Notes under the pieces: generated by a model | Seen by the model: only the letters and a program-made list of their open reading frames with translations | Told to the model about the DNA's origin: nothing | Database searches by the model: none | Source: an uncultured Eubacteriales bacterium | GTDB taxonomy: Bacteria; Actinomycetota; Coriobacteriia; Anaerosomatales; JAUVQN01 | Assembly (NCBI GenBank): GCA_964406675.1 | Contig: CAYOSP010000001.1 | Location: 16,861 to 80,860, forward strand | Length of the DNA stretch: 64,000 bases | Direction: 5' to 3' | Made by a program: the position numbers and the translations under genes | Part shown: in pieces, positions 39,208 through 49,053 of the stretch | How positions within the stretch are numbered: the first letter of the stretch is position 1 | Layout: each line of letters begins with the position of its first letter

Positions 39208-41877
39208 TCAGTCCGACGAGGGGACATCGAGCGGGAGACGGAGCACGAACGTCGAACCCTCGCCCAGCGTGGAGCGCAGTTCGAGCGATCCACCCATCGC
39301 CTCGGCGAGACCGCGCGACACGGCCAGCCCGAGCCCGAGACCGCCCGCCCGTTCCGCGTCGGGATGAACCTGCGCGAACGGCTCGAACACGCGCTCCCGC
39401 ATCTCCGGAGGGACCCCGGGGCCGGTGTCCGACACCTCGAAACGCATCTCGTCGCCGTCCGGGACGAGATCGAGCGCCACGACGCCCTCGTGGGTGTACT
39501 TGATCGCGTTGCTCAGCAGGTTCAGGAGTACCTGCCTGATCCTGAGACGATCACCACACACGTGCAGCGGGGTCTCCGGCAGGTCCGCCTCGAGCGAGAG
39601 TCCCGAGGAGGAAGCGAGACCGCGTACGGTATCCAGCGCCGAGGTCGCCAACGGCACGACATCGAAGCGCTCGAGATCGAGCGTGATCCGCGACTCCTCG
39701 ATCCTCGACAGGTCCAGGAGCTGCTCGATGAGGCCGAGCAGGTGGCGGCCGGAGGTCTCGATCATCTCGATCTGGCGCTCCTGCTCGGGGTTGAGGTCCC
39801 CCGGCGACCCCGAGGCGAGCACGCCGCTGAAACCGATGATCGCGTTGAGCGGCGTCCGCAGCTCGTGACTCATCTGCGCGAGGAAGCTGGACTTGGCCGC
39901 GTCGGCCTCTTCGAGTGCGACGTTGGCCGAGATCAGCTCCTCGTTCGAGGACTCCAACTCCTCGTTGAGGCACTGCAGTTCCTCGTTCGCTTCGTCGAGT
40001 TCGCGGTTGGTTCGTTCGAGCTCTCGGTTCGCCACGCTCAGATGACGATTCATCTCGATGAGCTCTTCGCTCAATCCCGCGAGCTCATCGTTGGCGCCGG
40101 CGAGCTGGGTCTCACGGTCCTGGACGATGGATTCGAGTCGCGCCCGATGCCCTTCCAGCTCCAGTTCGGCGCGCTTGTGTTCGGTGATGTCCCGCACGAA
40201 TCCGACCGCCGTCCTCGGCCGCCCGGTCTCGTCGAGGATCGCCTCCCCTTCCACCCGCAGATACCGCTCCCCGTCCCCATCGTCCGACACGCGGACCTCG
40301 AGGGGCGTCCGCTCTCCGCTTTCGAGTAGCCGCCGCATGGCCGCATGGGCAGACTCCCTGTGCTCGCCCACGAGCAGCGAGTCGACCAGCTCGCCCGCCT
40401 CCAAGCGCGCGTCGGGAGACACCCCGAGGATCTTCCGCAGACCGCTCGATCCCGTGACCTCGCCGGTCTCCAGGTCCATCCTCCAGCTGCCCGAACCGGC
40501 CAGGAGCTCGGCCTGCTCCAGCAGTTCCCGGCTGCTCCGGAGTTCCTGCTCCGCCCGGAGCCGCTCGGTCACGTCCCTCGCCGAGGCGTAGATCACGCCC
40601 CCGGGGCCGGACCGGACGACCCGCCATTCGATCGACCTGGCGCCCCCGTCCCGGCCGACCCACCGGTTCACGAACCCGCCGACCACGCCCGCGCCGTCCG
40701 CCAACTCCCGGAGGACCTCTTCCGTCCTCTCGCGGTCCTCGGCGTACACGTAGCTCTGGAACAGGGTCCCGACGAGGGCGTCGGGGTCGTAGCCGAGCGC
40801 CTGCTCCCAGCTCGGGCTCGCCTTGAGGATCGCGCCGGCGGCGTCCACGACCAGCAGCAGATCCAGGCTGACGTCGAAGAACGCCTCCAGTTCGCGGGTC
40901 TTCTTCCGCAGGACGCCTTCGGCACGGATCCGGGCCGTGACGTCCCGGACCACGGAGAAGACGAGTCGCTCGTCCTCGAGTACGACGGAGCGGGAGCTCA
41001 CCTCCACGGGGACGACCGATCCGTCCTTGCGGACGTGCTCCGTACGGAACAGCAGCGGACCGCCGTCCAGGATCTCGCGCACCTTGTCCGCGTGATCATC
41101 GTGCCGAGGAGCCGTATCGAGGTCCCGGACCGTCATCGTCATGAGCTCGTCCTCGGGATAGCCGAGCATCTCGGACGCGGCGGCGTTGACCTCGCGGATC
41201 GCGCCCTCCGGGGTGTGGAGGTAGACCGCGTCCGCGGCGCTCTCGAACAAGGTGAGGTACCTGCGCCTGCTGTCGACCAGGAACCGGTGTGTGACGTCTG
41301 CGTCGAGATTGAGGATGAACAGGCCGACGGCGAACGAGAGGAGTATCGAGAGCGCGAGGAGACCGGTACCGGGATCGGGAAACGTGACGTAGACGAGGGC
41401 CTGGGCCACACCGATCACGAAGAAGCCGACCATCCAGAAGAAGCTCGAACCGGCGAGGCGCATGACCGTGCGGGCACGCAGCACCGCGTAGCCGCTCGCG
41501 CCCAACAAGGTGATCGACTGGACGATAGGCGTCAGCGCGTGACTCGCCGGCCGAGCGATATACAGCGCCAGCGCGGCGATGAGGAGACCGGCCGCGCCGG
41601 CGAGCACCCGACGCGCTTCCAGGCGCACGAAATACGTAAGCACTCCGGCGACCACGAGCAAGCTGCCTACGAGCGCCAGGGCCGCGTAGATCGAGAAGGC
41701 CGCCACCGAGTCGGGCCACGCGAGGCGGATCCCCGTGGAACCCGCATAGAGCAGCCAACCCGTCGCGAGGATCCAGTACCGACCAGCACGCCTGCGCAGC
41801 GCGAGATCCAGCGACACGAGCAGGTTGAGTCCGCGGACCGCGGTCAGGACGAGCAGGGCGAGTGACGTGACGCCCAT
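39208..41877 (-). CDS. Large sensor histidine kinase (polytopic N-terminus, multiple PAS domains, NEEL-type coiled coil, HisKA, HATPase_c)
   Basis: Track ORF of 889 aa with at least 3 PAS-like units, the coiled coil NRELDEANEELQCLNEELESSNEEL, an H-box ([10 protein letters not shown]) and [15 protein letters not shown] and GLGLGLAV. Confidence 0.85.
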   Translation of the reverse strand: MGVTSLALLVLTAVRGLNLLVSLDLALRRRAGRYWILATGWLLYAGSTGIRLAWPDSVAAFSIYAALALVGSLLVVAGVLTYFVRLEARRVLAGAAGLLIAALALYIARPASHALTPIVQSITLLGASGYAVLRARTVMRLAGSSFFWMVGFFVIGVAQALVYVTFPDPGTGLLALSILLSFAVGLFILNLDADVTHRFLVDSRRRYLTLFESAADAVYLHTPEGAIREVNAAASEMLGYPEDELMTMTVRDLDTAPRHDDHADKVREILDGGPLLFRTEHVRKDGSVVPVEVSSRSVVLEDERLVFSVVRDVTARIRAEGVLRKKTRELEAFFDVSLDLLLVVDAAGAILKASPSWEQALGYDPDALVGTLFQSYVYAEDRERTEEVLRELADGAGVVGGFVNRWVGRDGGARSIEWRVVRSGPGGVIYASARDVTERLRAEQELRSSRELLEQAELLAGSGSWRMDLETGEVTGSSGLRKILGVSPDARLEAGELVDSLLVGEHRESAHAAMRRLLESGERTPLEVRVSDDGDGERYLRVEGEAILDETGRPRTAVGFVRDITEHKRAELELEGHRARLESIVQDRETQLAGANDELAGLSEELIEMNRHLSVANRELERTNRELDEANEELQCLNEELESSNEELISANVALEEADAAKSSFLAQMSHELRTPLNAIIGFSGVLASGSPGDLNPEQERQIEMIETSGRHLLGLIEQLLDLSRIEESRITLDLERFDVVPLATSALDTVRGLASSSGLSLEADLPETPLHVCGDRLRIRQVLLNLLSNAIKYTHEGVVALDLVPDGDEMRFEVSDTGPGVPPEMRERVFEPFAQVHPDAERAGGLGLGLAVSRGLAEAMGGSLELRSTLGEGSTFVLRLPLDVPSSD

Positions 41878-42018
41878 GTCAAACCTCCCCGCGAAGACCG
41901 CGCCCGGCGACAGGCGCGCTCGGTAGGATGTATCGAGTCTACCACCTGCGCCTCATCTCGCGCGCTCACTCGTCCACTCGTTCACCCGGGGTCGGGGACG
42001 GCCGTCACGCGCGGCGGG

Positions 42019-43398
42019 TCAGTCCGCGCGGTCGAGGATCGCGCGGGCCGCCAGCACCCCGCTCGCCGACGACTGCACCAACCCGCGGGTGATCCCTGCA
42101 CCGTCGCCGATCGCGTAGAGCCCGTCGATCTCAGTCCGCAATCGCTCGTCGACGTCCAGACGGGACGAGTAGAACTTCACCTCGACCCCGTACAGCAGCG
42201 TCCCGGGCGACGCGATACCCGGAGCCAGACGATCCAGCGCTTCGATGAACTCGAGGATGTCGGAGAGGTGGCGATAGGGGAGCACGAACGAGAGATCGCC
42301 CGGCGTGGCGTCTGAGAGCGTCGGCCTCACGAGAGACCGTTCGAGGCGTCGCGGGGTGGAGCGTCGCCCGTCCCTGAGATCGCCCAGCCGCTGCACGAGG
42401 ATGCGCTCGCCGAGCAGGTTCGCGAGTCGCGCGATGGAGGTCCCGTACGTGATGGGGTCGTCGAACGGTTCGGTGAACTCCTTGCTCACGAGTACCGCGA
42501 AGTTGGTGTTCTGGGTGGTGCGCTCCGCGTACGAGTGCCCGTTGACGGTGGTGATGTCGCCGTAGGACTCGGTGGTCACCTCCCCGTACGGATTCATGCA
42601 GAAGGTACGCACCTCGTCGCCGAACTGGCGTGAGTGGTAGATGAGTTTCGCCTCGTACAGCGCCTCCGTGAGCGGCTCCATCACCACGGCGGGCGCCTCC
42701 ACCCGCACGCCGACGTCCACCGCGTTGTTCGCCAGCCCGATCCCGAGGACGCGTGCCTGCGCGGCCAGCCATTCCGCCCCGTCGCGACCCGGCGCGAGGA
42801 TGACGCGATCGGCCTCGACGGTCTCACCGTCGACCAGCTCGACCCCGCGCACCGAGCCGTCGACGAGCACCTTCGCCGCCTCGCATCGCACGCGCATCTC
42901 GACGCCGAGCTCCGTCAGACGATCGCGCATGAGGGCGAGCACCGCCGGCGACCGATCGGTGCCCATGTGACGTATCGGCATCGGGATCAGGCGCATCCCC
43001 GCGAGGACGGCCTGCCGGGACAGACGGTCCGCCTCCTCCGGGTCGGGACCGTACAGTCGCCGCGGAGCGCCGAACTCCAGCCATCTCTCGTCGGTGTGGG
43101 AGATGAGGGACTCGAGCGCTTCGGGCGCGAGGTAGTCGGCGAGATTGCCGCCGACCTCGCTGCTCAATGTGAGTTTCCCGTCGGAGAACGCCCCCGCGCC
43201 TCCCCAGCCCGACATCACGTCGCAAGTCGGACACGAGACACAGCCATGCCGGCGCGCGGGGCAGTCGCGGTCTTCCAGCGCGTCGCCCTTCTCGAGCAGG
43301 AGCACCGAGAGGTCCGACCCCTCGGCCAGCTCGAGGGACGCGAAGATGCCGGCGGGTCCGGCCCCCACGACCACGACATCGTATCGCTCGTCGCCCAT
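42019..43398 (-). CDS. FAD-dependent oxidoreductase (COG2509-like)
   Basis: Track ORF of 459 aa with the dinucleotide-binding motif VVVVGAGPAG, and with CVSCPTC and AIGDGAG. Confidence 0.8.
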   Translation of the reverse strand: MGDERYDVVVVGAGPAGIFASLELAEGSDLSVLLLEKGDALEDRDCPARRHGCVSCPTCDVMSGWGGAGAFSDGKLTLSSEVGGNLADYLAPEALESLISHTDERWLEFGAPRRLYGPDPEEADRLSRQAVLAGMRLIPMPIRHMGTDRSPAVLALMRDRLTELGVEMRVRCEAAKVLVDGSVRGVELVDGETVEADRVILAPGRDGAEWLAAQARVLGIGLANNAVDVGVRVEAPAVVMEPLTEALYEAKLIYHSRQFGDEVRTFCMNPYGEVTTESYGDITTVNGHSYAERTTQNTNFAVLVSKEFTEPFDDPITYGTSIARLANLLGERILVQRLGDLRDGRRSTPRRLERSLVRPTLSDATPGDLSFVLPYRHLSDILEFIEALDRLAPGIASPGTLLYGVEVKFYSSRLDVDERLRTEIDGLYAIGDGAGITRGLVQSSASGVLAARAILDRAD

Positions 43399-43576
43399 CG
43401 CACGCCTCCCCGCATCGCGACCACGATCACTCGGCCACCGGGATATGGATACCCGGGTCGAACGCCTCGCAACGAGTATCGCACGCGCGGTATGCGGGCG
43501 CCGTGGACCCGCGATGCGTTCGACTCCCCTGGGTCGGACCGGGCGCTTGGGGCATGATGTGGGTAGGAGGTCTCAC

Positions 43577-43873
43577 ATGTCGTACGGGCTCACACCCGAA
43601 GAGGGACATACGTATCGTGGCGACGGGCATGCCGCCGGCGACGACACGGTGACCATCTACACCACGCCGGCCTGCCCCTGGTGCCGAGTGGCCAAGCGCT
43701 ACTTCGCCAGGCACGGGATACCCTTCGAAGAGGTCGATGTCTTCGAGGACCGGGGCGGCCTGGAGCACATGGCGGAGATGACCGGGCAGTACGGCGTGCC
43801 CGTCATACAGGTGGGCCGAGCCGCGGTGATCGGCTGGGACGAGGACGTGTTCCTGGAGTTGTACGGGAGTTGA
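43577..43873 (+). CDS. Glutaredoxin-like protein (CPWC active site)
   Basis: ATG 43577 follows GGTAGGAGG. The sequence reads VTIYTTPACPWCRVAKRYF...YGVPVI. Confidence 0.8.
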   Translation: MSYGLTPEEGHTYRGDGHAAGDDTVTIYTTPACPWCRVAKRYFARHGIPFEEVDVFEDRGGLEHMAEMTGQYGVPVIQVGRAAVIGWDEDVFLELYGS

Positions 43874-44271
43874 TCGACCGGTCCCGAAGGGCCGTGGCGG
43901 TCATCGGCGCCAGCGCCGATCGCTCGAAGTTCGGCAACAAGGCGGTGCGCGCCTACCTCGGCAAGGGCTACACCGTATGGCCGGTGAATCCGAAGGGTGG
44001 CGAGATCGAGGGCCTACCGGTGTTCCGGGGGCTCGAGGACCTGCCCGAACTCCCGCATCGGGCGACCATCTATCTCCCGTCCCGACCGGCCATCGCCGCA
44101 CTCGAGCAGCTCGCGGACATGGAGAAGGAGCACGGCCGCCGGGTGAGCGCCGTCTACCTCAACCCCGGCGCCGATCCTCCCGAGGTCGTCGCACGCGCCA
44201 CGGATCTCGGCCTGAAGGTGCACACGGCCTGTTCGATCCGCGCGATAGGTGAGGACCCGGCCGACTACTGA
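43870..44271 (+). CDS. CoA-binding domain protein
   Basis: The sequence contains RAVAVIGASADRSKFGNKAVRAYL..GYTVWPVNPK. The start is tentatively TTG 43870, overlapping the glutaredoxin TGA. Confidence 0.65.
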   Translation: MIDRSRRAVAVIGASADRSKFGNKAVRAYLGKGYTVWPVNPKGGEIEGLPVFRGLEDLPELPHRATIYLPSRPAIAALEQLADMEKEHGRRVSAVYLNPGADPPEVVARATDLGLKVHTACSIRAIGEDPADY

Positions 44272-44345
44272 ACGCCCGGCCGTACCGAGCGGGATGAAGG
44301 ACGACCGGGGAGACGATCCTTGCCCGATCGCGCCGCTCCGATCGT

Positions 44346-44365
44346 GCCGCTCCGATCGGAGCGGC
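44346..44365. terminator. Perfect 20-nt palindrome (GCCGCTCC-GATC-GGAGCGGC) between convergent genes
   Basis: Direct reading gives an 8-bp stem. It is preceded by a 14-nt direct copy (ccgctccgatcg). There is no T-tract. Confidence 0.55.
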
Positions 44366-44384
44366 CCCGGTCCATCAGCCCCGC

Positions 44385-44464
44385 CGCGTCGGCTCCGTCA
44401 GTCCCAGCGCGTCGGCTCCGTCAGTCCCAGCGCGTCGGCTCCGTCAGTCCCAGCGCGTCGGCTC
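44385..44464. repeat. 23-nt tandem repeat (about 3.5 copies) copying the dnaB 3-prime end including its stop codon
   Basis: The unit cgcgtcggctccgtcagtcccag occurs at 44385, 44408 and 44431, with a partial fourth copy running into dnaB. The minus strand reads GAGCCGACGCGCTGGGACTGA (EPTRWD*). Confidence 0.92.
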
Positions 44465-45838
44465 GACGAACTTCGCGTAGCGATCCTTGAACAGGAGCTT
44501 CACCGTGCCCACCGGTCCGTTACGGTGCTTCGCGATGATGATCTCGGCCTCGCCCTTCCCGGGCATGCCCTCTCCTTCTTCGTCGAAGCGGTCCTCCACG
44601 TTGGTACGCGTGTCCCGATGGATGAACATGACCACGTCGGCGTCCTGCTCGATGGCGCCGGATTCACGAAGGTCGGAGAGGACGGGACGCTTCCCCTGAC
44701 GCTGCTCCACCGCGCGTGAGAGCTGAGAGAGTGCGAGCACGGGCAGTCCCAGCTCCTTGGCGAGCACCTTGAGCCCCCGGCTGATCTCGGCGATCTCCAC
44801 CTGCCGGTTCTCGGTCCTCCGGTTCTGTGGCTGCATGAGTTGCAGGTAATCCACGATGACCAGGCCTTCGCTCTTGTCCCGGAACAAGCGGCGCGCCTTG
44901 GCGCGAAGCTCGAGGATCGAGATGGCCGGGGTGTCGTCGACGTACAGCTCACACTTGCCGAGGCGACCCACCGCCTCATGCAGGGGATGCCATTCGCCGT
45001 CGCCGATATGGCCGGTCCGCATCTTGTGGGAATCGATACCCGCCTCGGACGCGAGGATCCGCTGGATCAGCTGCCAGCTCGACATCTCGAGACTGAAGAC
45101 GGCTACCGGGGTCCCCGCCTTCGCCGCGTTCACCGCCACGTTCAACGCGAGCGCCGTCTTACCGACGGAAGGCCTAGCCGCGAGGATGATGAGGTCGCTC
45201 TTCTGCAGCCCCGCGAGGTACTTGTTGTCGAGCTGCTTGAACCCCGTGGCGATACCGGTGAGGTGATCCTTGCGGTCGTAGAGCTCGCTGATGCGCTCAA
45301 GACCCTCCGTGAGCAGCGCCTCCGTGTCCTTGAAGTTCTCCGATATCCTCTGATTGGTCACCTCGAACACGGTCTTCTCGGCCTGTTCGATGATCTCGGG
45401 GAGGGTGTCGGCCGACTCGTACCCCATGCGCACGATATCGGTGGCCGCCGTGATGAGGTCGCGCAGCGTGGCGTCGCGCTTGACGATGTCCGCGTAGTAG
45501 CGGGCGTTGGCGGCTGTGGGGACGGTGTTGGTCACGGTGAGCAGGTACGGCTTGCCGCCCGCCGCCTCGATCTGGTCGACGGCCTCGAGCCGGTCGGCCA
45601 CCGTGACCGCGTCGACCGGCTCGCCGTGGTCGTAGAGGTGCTGGATCGCTTCGAAGATGCGTTGGTGGCGCGGGGTGTAGAAGTCCTTGGCTCGCAGCGA
45701 CGAGAGTCCCGTCTCGACGGCCCCGACGGACAAGAACATCGAGCCGAGCAGAGACTGCTCGGCATCGGTGTTATGCGGTGGGACCCTCTCGCCCGGTGAG
45801 ACGATACGGGGGCCTGACGCTCGTCTGGACTCGGCCAT
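44444..45838 (-). CDS. dnaB: Replicative DNA helicase
   Basis: Track ORF of 464 aa with PPHNTDAEQSLLGSM, Walker A ARPSVGKTA, DYLQLM and SQLSRAVEQR. Confidence 0.95.
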   Translation of the reverse strand: MAESRRASGPRIVSPGERVPPHNTDAEQSLLGSMFLSVGAVETGLSSLRAKDFYTPRHQRIFEAIQHLYDHGEPVDAVTVADRLEAVDQIEAAGGKPYLLTVTNTVPTAANARYYADIVKRDATLRDLITAATDIVRMGYESADTLPEIIEQAEKTVFEVTNQRISENFKDTEALLTEGLERISELYDRKDHLTGIATGFKQLDNKYLAGLQKSDLIILAARPSVGKTALALNVAVNAAKAGTPVAVFSLEMSSWQLIQRILASEAGIDSHKMRTGHIGDGEWHPLHEAVGRLGKCELYVDDTPAISILELRAKARRLFRDKSEGLVIVDYLQLMQPQNRRTENRQVEIAEISRGLKVLAKELGLPVLALSQLSRAVEQRQGKRPVLSDLRESGAIEQDADVVMFIHRDTRTNVEDRFDEEGEGMPGKGEAEIIIAKHRNGPVGTVKLLFKDRYAKFVEPTRWD

Positions 45839-45874
45839 CGGTACGGGCCCGCACTCGGTGCGGACCGCCCCCCT

Positions 45875-46504
45875 CTACAGTCCGCTCGGCGATCCGGCGA
45901 TCTCATCGCCGTCCGCCCCGGCCTCTTCCTTCTCTTCGACCTCTTCGCCCTCTTCCGTTCCTTCGGCCTCCTCGGTCTCCTCAAGGGAGGCCGCGGCCTC
46001 GATCTCGGCTGCCGCCTCTTCCATCAGGCGCGTTCGCACGTCCTCCTGCAGCTCGCCGCCCTCGGGAGTCACGCGCACGACCACGATGGCCTCGACGTCG
46101 GCGGACAGGCGGACCGTGATCTCGTGTTCGCCGATCTCCTTGATGTGACCGGCGACCAGCATCTTCTTGCGGTCCACGTCGGCTTCGAGTTGATCGAGCA
46201 GCGCGTCCTGGATCATCTGGGGGGTCACCGACCCGAACAGACGACCCTCCTCCCCCGCCTTGGCCTCGATCGTGACGACCTGACCGTCGACCAGGGAGGC
46301 GAGCTGCTCGGCTTCCGCGCGTCTCGCCGTCTCGCGCTTCTCGATGTTGGCGCGACGCGCCTCGAGCTGCTTCAGATTGCCCGAGCCGGCTTCGACCGCC
46401 AACTTCCTCGGGAACAGGTAGTTCCGGGCGTAGCCGCGAGCGACGTCGATCACGTCTCCCTCGTGGCCCTTGCCCTTCACTTCGTCCAGCAGGATCACTT
46501 TCAT
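45875..46504 (-). CDS. rplI: Ribosomal protein L9 with an acidic C-terminal extension of about 60 aa
   Basis: Trimmed to [18 protein letters not shown] (ATG 46504, GAGGAG upstream). The tail is [20 protein letters not shown]. Confidence 0.9.
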   Translation of the reverse strand: MKVILLDEVKGKGHEGDVIDVARGYARNYLFPRKLAVEAGSGNLKQLEARRANIEKRETARRAEAEQLASLVDGQVVTIEAKAGEEGRLFGSVTPQMIQDALLDQLEADVDRKKMLVAGHIKEIGEHEITVRLSADVEAIVVVRVTPEGGELQEDVRTRLMEEAAAEIEAAASLEETEEAEGTEEGEEVEEKEEAGADGDEIAGSPSGL

Positions 46505-46557
46505 GGTCCGTCTACTCCTCATCCGCGTCGAAGCCGGATCCGGCTTCGAGAATGGTC

Positions 46558-47586
46558 TCACTGTACAGCATCGTTCTCATCCCCAGGTCCGTCCTCGGAC
46601 CCGCCTTCGGGCCCGTGCTCGGGCTCGTGCTCGGAACCGTCTTCGGACTCGTGCCCGGATCCGTTCTCTCCGTCTCTCGGCAGACCCCGGGAGTTGATCC
46701 AGAGGTCGGCCAGCCCCGCCACCCCGAGCGCGGGGAAGAGCACGCCGAGCCAGAGCATCAGACCGTATATCAACACCCTGAACAGCGGGCCCAGTTTCAA
46801 CCGCATGAACAGGGTCTCGGCCACGCCGAATCCCTGCACGCCCAGCACCGCCCAACTCAGCAGTGCGAGGTTCCAGCCGATCGCGGCGGCCCATCCGAGG
46901 GGTTCACCCGTCAATCGCGCGACCAGCAGCGAGCCCAACGCGGCGATCACCGGCCACATCCAGTGCGGACTCACGTCCACCTTCGCCACCGGGGTCAGCG
47001 TCGAGACCTTGCGCCCGAGCAGCCTGCCGATACGGCCGGCGAGCCAGACGCCCGCATAGGCCCCGGCCAGCGCCATCACGAGGAGCAGCGCCGGCCACGC
47101 CAGCGAGAGCACGTCCGCCACGCGCTGTAGCGCGGCCTCCGTCTCCACGCCGGTGGAGAGTTCGCCGGACCGCACCGCGGCCATCCACGCGTCCCCCACC
47201 GCCTTGAAGAACGACGCCGGACTCTGCCCCGCTCGCATGAGGTCGAACGTCATCCATGAGACCACGCCCGTGTACGACACCACCCCCACGATCGCGGCCA
47301 CCCGCCAGGCCTCGCGACGCTCCAACGCCTTGGCGGCCCACCAGACCACCGCCATCGTCGGCACCGCCATCACGGCAGCCAGCGGCTGGAGCGCCACCGC
47401 GACGACGACACACACGAGCGCCGTCCCCCCCGCCTGGTGCCACGACCTCCGGTACGTCAGGTAGGCGATGCCGCCCACCAGGACCGGGATCGCGACCGCG
47501 AGCAGCTCGAACAGCAGCGCGGCCGCGACCACACAGAGCATGGGGACGACCACGAGATCGGCCGCTTTCGAGCGCAGTCCGGCCAT
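46558..47586 (-). CDS. DUF2232 (YybS-like) polytopic membrane protein
   Basis: Trimmed to [11 protein letters not shown] (ATG 47586, 6 nt after the rpsR stop). It has multiple TM helices and an acidic His/Glu-rich tail. The position between rpsR and rplI is typical for this family. Confidence 0.65.
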   Translation of the reverse strand: MAGLRSKAADLVVVPMLCVVAAALLFELLAVAIPVLVGGIAYLTYRRSWHQAGGTALVCVVVAVALQPLAAVMAVPTMAVVWWAAKALERREAWRVAAIVGVVSYTGVVSWMTFDLMRAGQSPASFFKAVGDAWMAAVRSGELSTGVETEAALQRVADVLSLAWPALLLVMALAGAYAGVWLAGRIGRLLGRKVSTLTPVAKVDVSPHWMWPVIAALGSLLVARLTGEPLGWAAAIGWNLALLSWAVLGVQGFGVAETLFMRLKLGPLFRVLIYGLMLWLGVLFPALGVAGLADLWINSRGLPRDGENGSGHESEDGSEHEPEHGPEGGSEDGPGDENDAVQ

Positions 47587-47591
47587 CCCGA

Positions 47592-47843
47592 TCAGCGGCG
47601 TCGCCGGTCGCCGGTCGTGACCACGGGGACCGCGTACGGCAGCAACGCCATCTCGCGCGCACGCTTGACGGCCCTGGACACCTGATGCTGGTGCTGGGCA
47701 CACGTGCCCGTCACACGGCGCGGCTTGATCTTGCCGCGGTCCGTGGTGAACTTGCGCAGCAGCTGCAGGTCCTTGTAGTCCACGTAGTCGATATCCTCTT
47801 TGCAGAAGATGCAGTACTTCTTGCGCGTCCTGCGTCCATCCAT
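47592..47843 (-). CDS. rpsR: Ribosomal protein S18
   Basis: Track ORF of 83 aa with [33 protein letters not shown]. Confidence 0.93.
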   Translation of the reverse strand: MDGRRTRKKYCIFCKEDIDYVDYKDLQLLRKFTTDRGKIKPRRVTGTCAQHQHQVSRAVKRAREMALLPYAVPVVTTGDRRRR

Positions 47844-47942
47844 CTCACATACCTCCTCTCGACCCGCCGAAGCGGGCGGACGTGTCGTCGGTCCCGGGCG
47901 AGGGGCGGCGGGAGGGTGCCGCCGCCGAAGCCCGGTGGTGCG

Positions 47943-48368
47943 TCAGAACGGGATCTCTTCCCCACCGGGGTCGTCGGACGCCGCGTCGGCCTCCGGGGCG
48001 CGGCTCGCGCCGCCTCCGGTACCGCGGCCCGAGTCGCCACGCGACCCGGTGAAGTCGATGTCGTCGGCGATCACCTCGATGGCCGAGCGCTTGCCGCCGT
48101 CGGGCGTCTCCCACTCGCGCCAGCGCAGCCGGCCGTCTACACCGATGGCGGTACCCTTCTGCACGTGGGGGGCGAGTCCCTCGCCACGGTTACCGAACAC
48201 CGTGACGTCGATGTAGTTCGGGATCTCCTCCCACTCACCCGTGCTCTGGTTCTTCTTCCGGTCGTTGAACGCGAGCCTCATCGAGAGGACGCTCAGCCCG
48301 GAGGCCGTCTGCCGAAGCTCGGGATCCTTGGTCAACCGGCCGGTCAATACCACTCTGTTGATACTCAT
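47943..48368 (-). CDS. ssb: Single-stranded DNA-binding protein
   Basis: Track ORF of 141 aa with MSINRVVLTGRLTKDPELR, a Gly-rich linker and the acidic tip GGEEIPF. Confidence 0.93.
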   Translation of the reverse strand: MSINRVVLTGRLTKDPELRQTASGLSVLSMRLAFNDRKKNQSTGEWEEIPNYIDVTVFGNRGEGLAPHVQKGTAIGVDGRLRWREWETPDGGKRSAIEVIADDIDFTGSRGDSGRGTGGGASRAPEADAASDDPGGEEIPF

Positions 48369-48435
48369 CGCTCCTCATTCACCTCACTGATGACGGTACT
48401 TCGCCGTCCGCGACGATCGTGCGCACACGCGCCGA

Positions 48436-48729
48436 TCAGGCCACGTGATCGAGTCGCACGATCATGAAGCGGACGACCGGATCGGAGATGTGGAGCACGC
48501 GGTCCAGCTCGGCTACCTCGGGAGGTCCGGCGTGGAAGGACACGACGACGTAGGTGCCGTCGCGATGCCCTTCGATCTCGTAGGCGAGCTTGCGCTTGCC
48601 CCATTCGTCGACGTCGTCGACGGTGCCGTCTTCGGCGGTGATGATCCCGCGGACCCTCTCCATGACGGAAGCCTTGGCTTCCTCGTCGAGGGACGGATCG
48701 AGCATGAGCATGAGTTCGTAGGCCTTCAA
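48436..48729 (-). CDS. rpsF: Ribosomal protein S6
   Basis: The track ORF starts at GTG 48738. However, TTG 48729 lies 8 nt after GGGAGG and gives the conserved N-terminus M-KAYELMLMLDP. Confidence 0.9.
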   Translation of the reverse strand: MKAYELMLMLDPSLDEEAKASVMERVRGIITAEDGTVDDVDEWGKRKLAYEIEGHRDGTYVVVSFHAGPPEVAELDRVLHISDPVVRFMIVRLDHVA

Positions 48730-48911
48730 GTTCTTCACCTCCCTCGGTCACATGGCCCCGGGACTTGAAGGCGAGCCCGGAGCAGGAAATGAGCCCGAGC
48801 AGTGTAGCACCCACGTCCCGTGCCCCACAAACCATGCATACACCGTGGGTGTGACATCACTGCGCTCCCGGTCGCCGCTTCCCGCCGTCCGATCCCGTCG
48901 CCGGACGACGA

Positions 48912-48945
48912 GAAGGGCCACCGGACTCGGGAGAGGTGGCCCTTC
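48912..48945 (-). terminator. Stem-loop downstream of tRNA-Gly (11-bp stem GAAGGGCCACC / GGTGGCCCTTC)
   Basis: Hand fold with a 12-nt loop. There is no U-tract (an I-shaped hairpin of the kind common in GC-rich genomes). Confidence 0.5.
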
Positions 48946-48958
48946 GTGAGGGATTCGA

Positions 48959-49034
48959 TGGAGCGGGCAACGGGTCTCGAACCCGCGACCTTCGGCTTGG
49001 GAAGCCGACGCTCTACCTACTGAGCTATGCCCGC
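48959..49034 (-). tRNA. tRNA-Gly (anticodon CCC), with CCA encoded
   Basis: The reverse complement is GCGGGCATAGCTCAGTAGGTAGAGCGTCGGCTTCCCAAGCCGAAGGTCGCGGGTTCGAGACCCGTTGCCCGCTCCA. This gives a 7-bp acceptor stem, a D arm (GCTC/GAGC), the anticodon loop TTCCCAA and a T loop (TTCGAGA). Confidence 0.9.
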
Positions 49035-49053
49035 ATGTCGAGGGGTGAGCCGT

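Noticed and set aside
44385-44464. Tandem repeats here and at 2203, 4155 and 54951 as possible CRISPR arrays
   Set aside because: The units are directly contiguous with no spacers, the copy numbers are 2 to 4, and there are no cas genes in the window.
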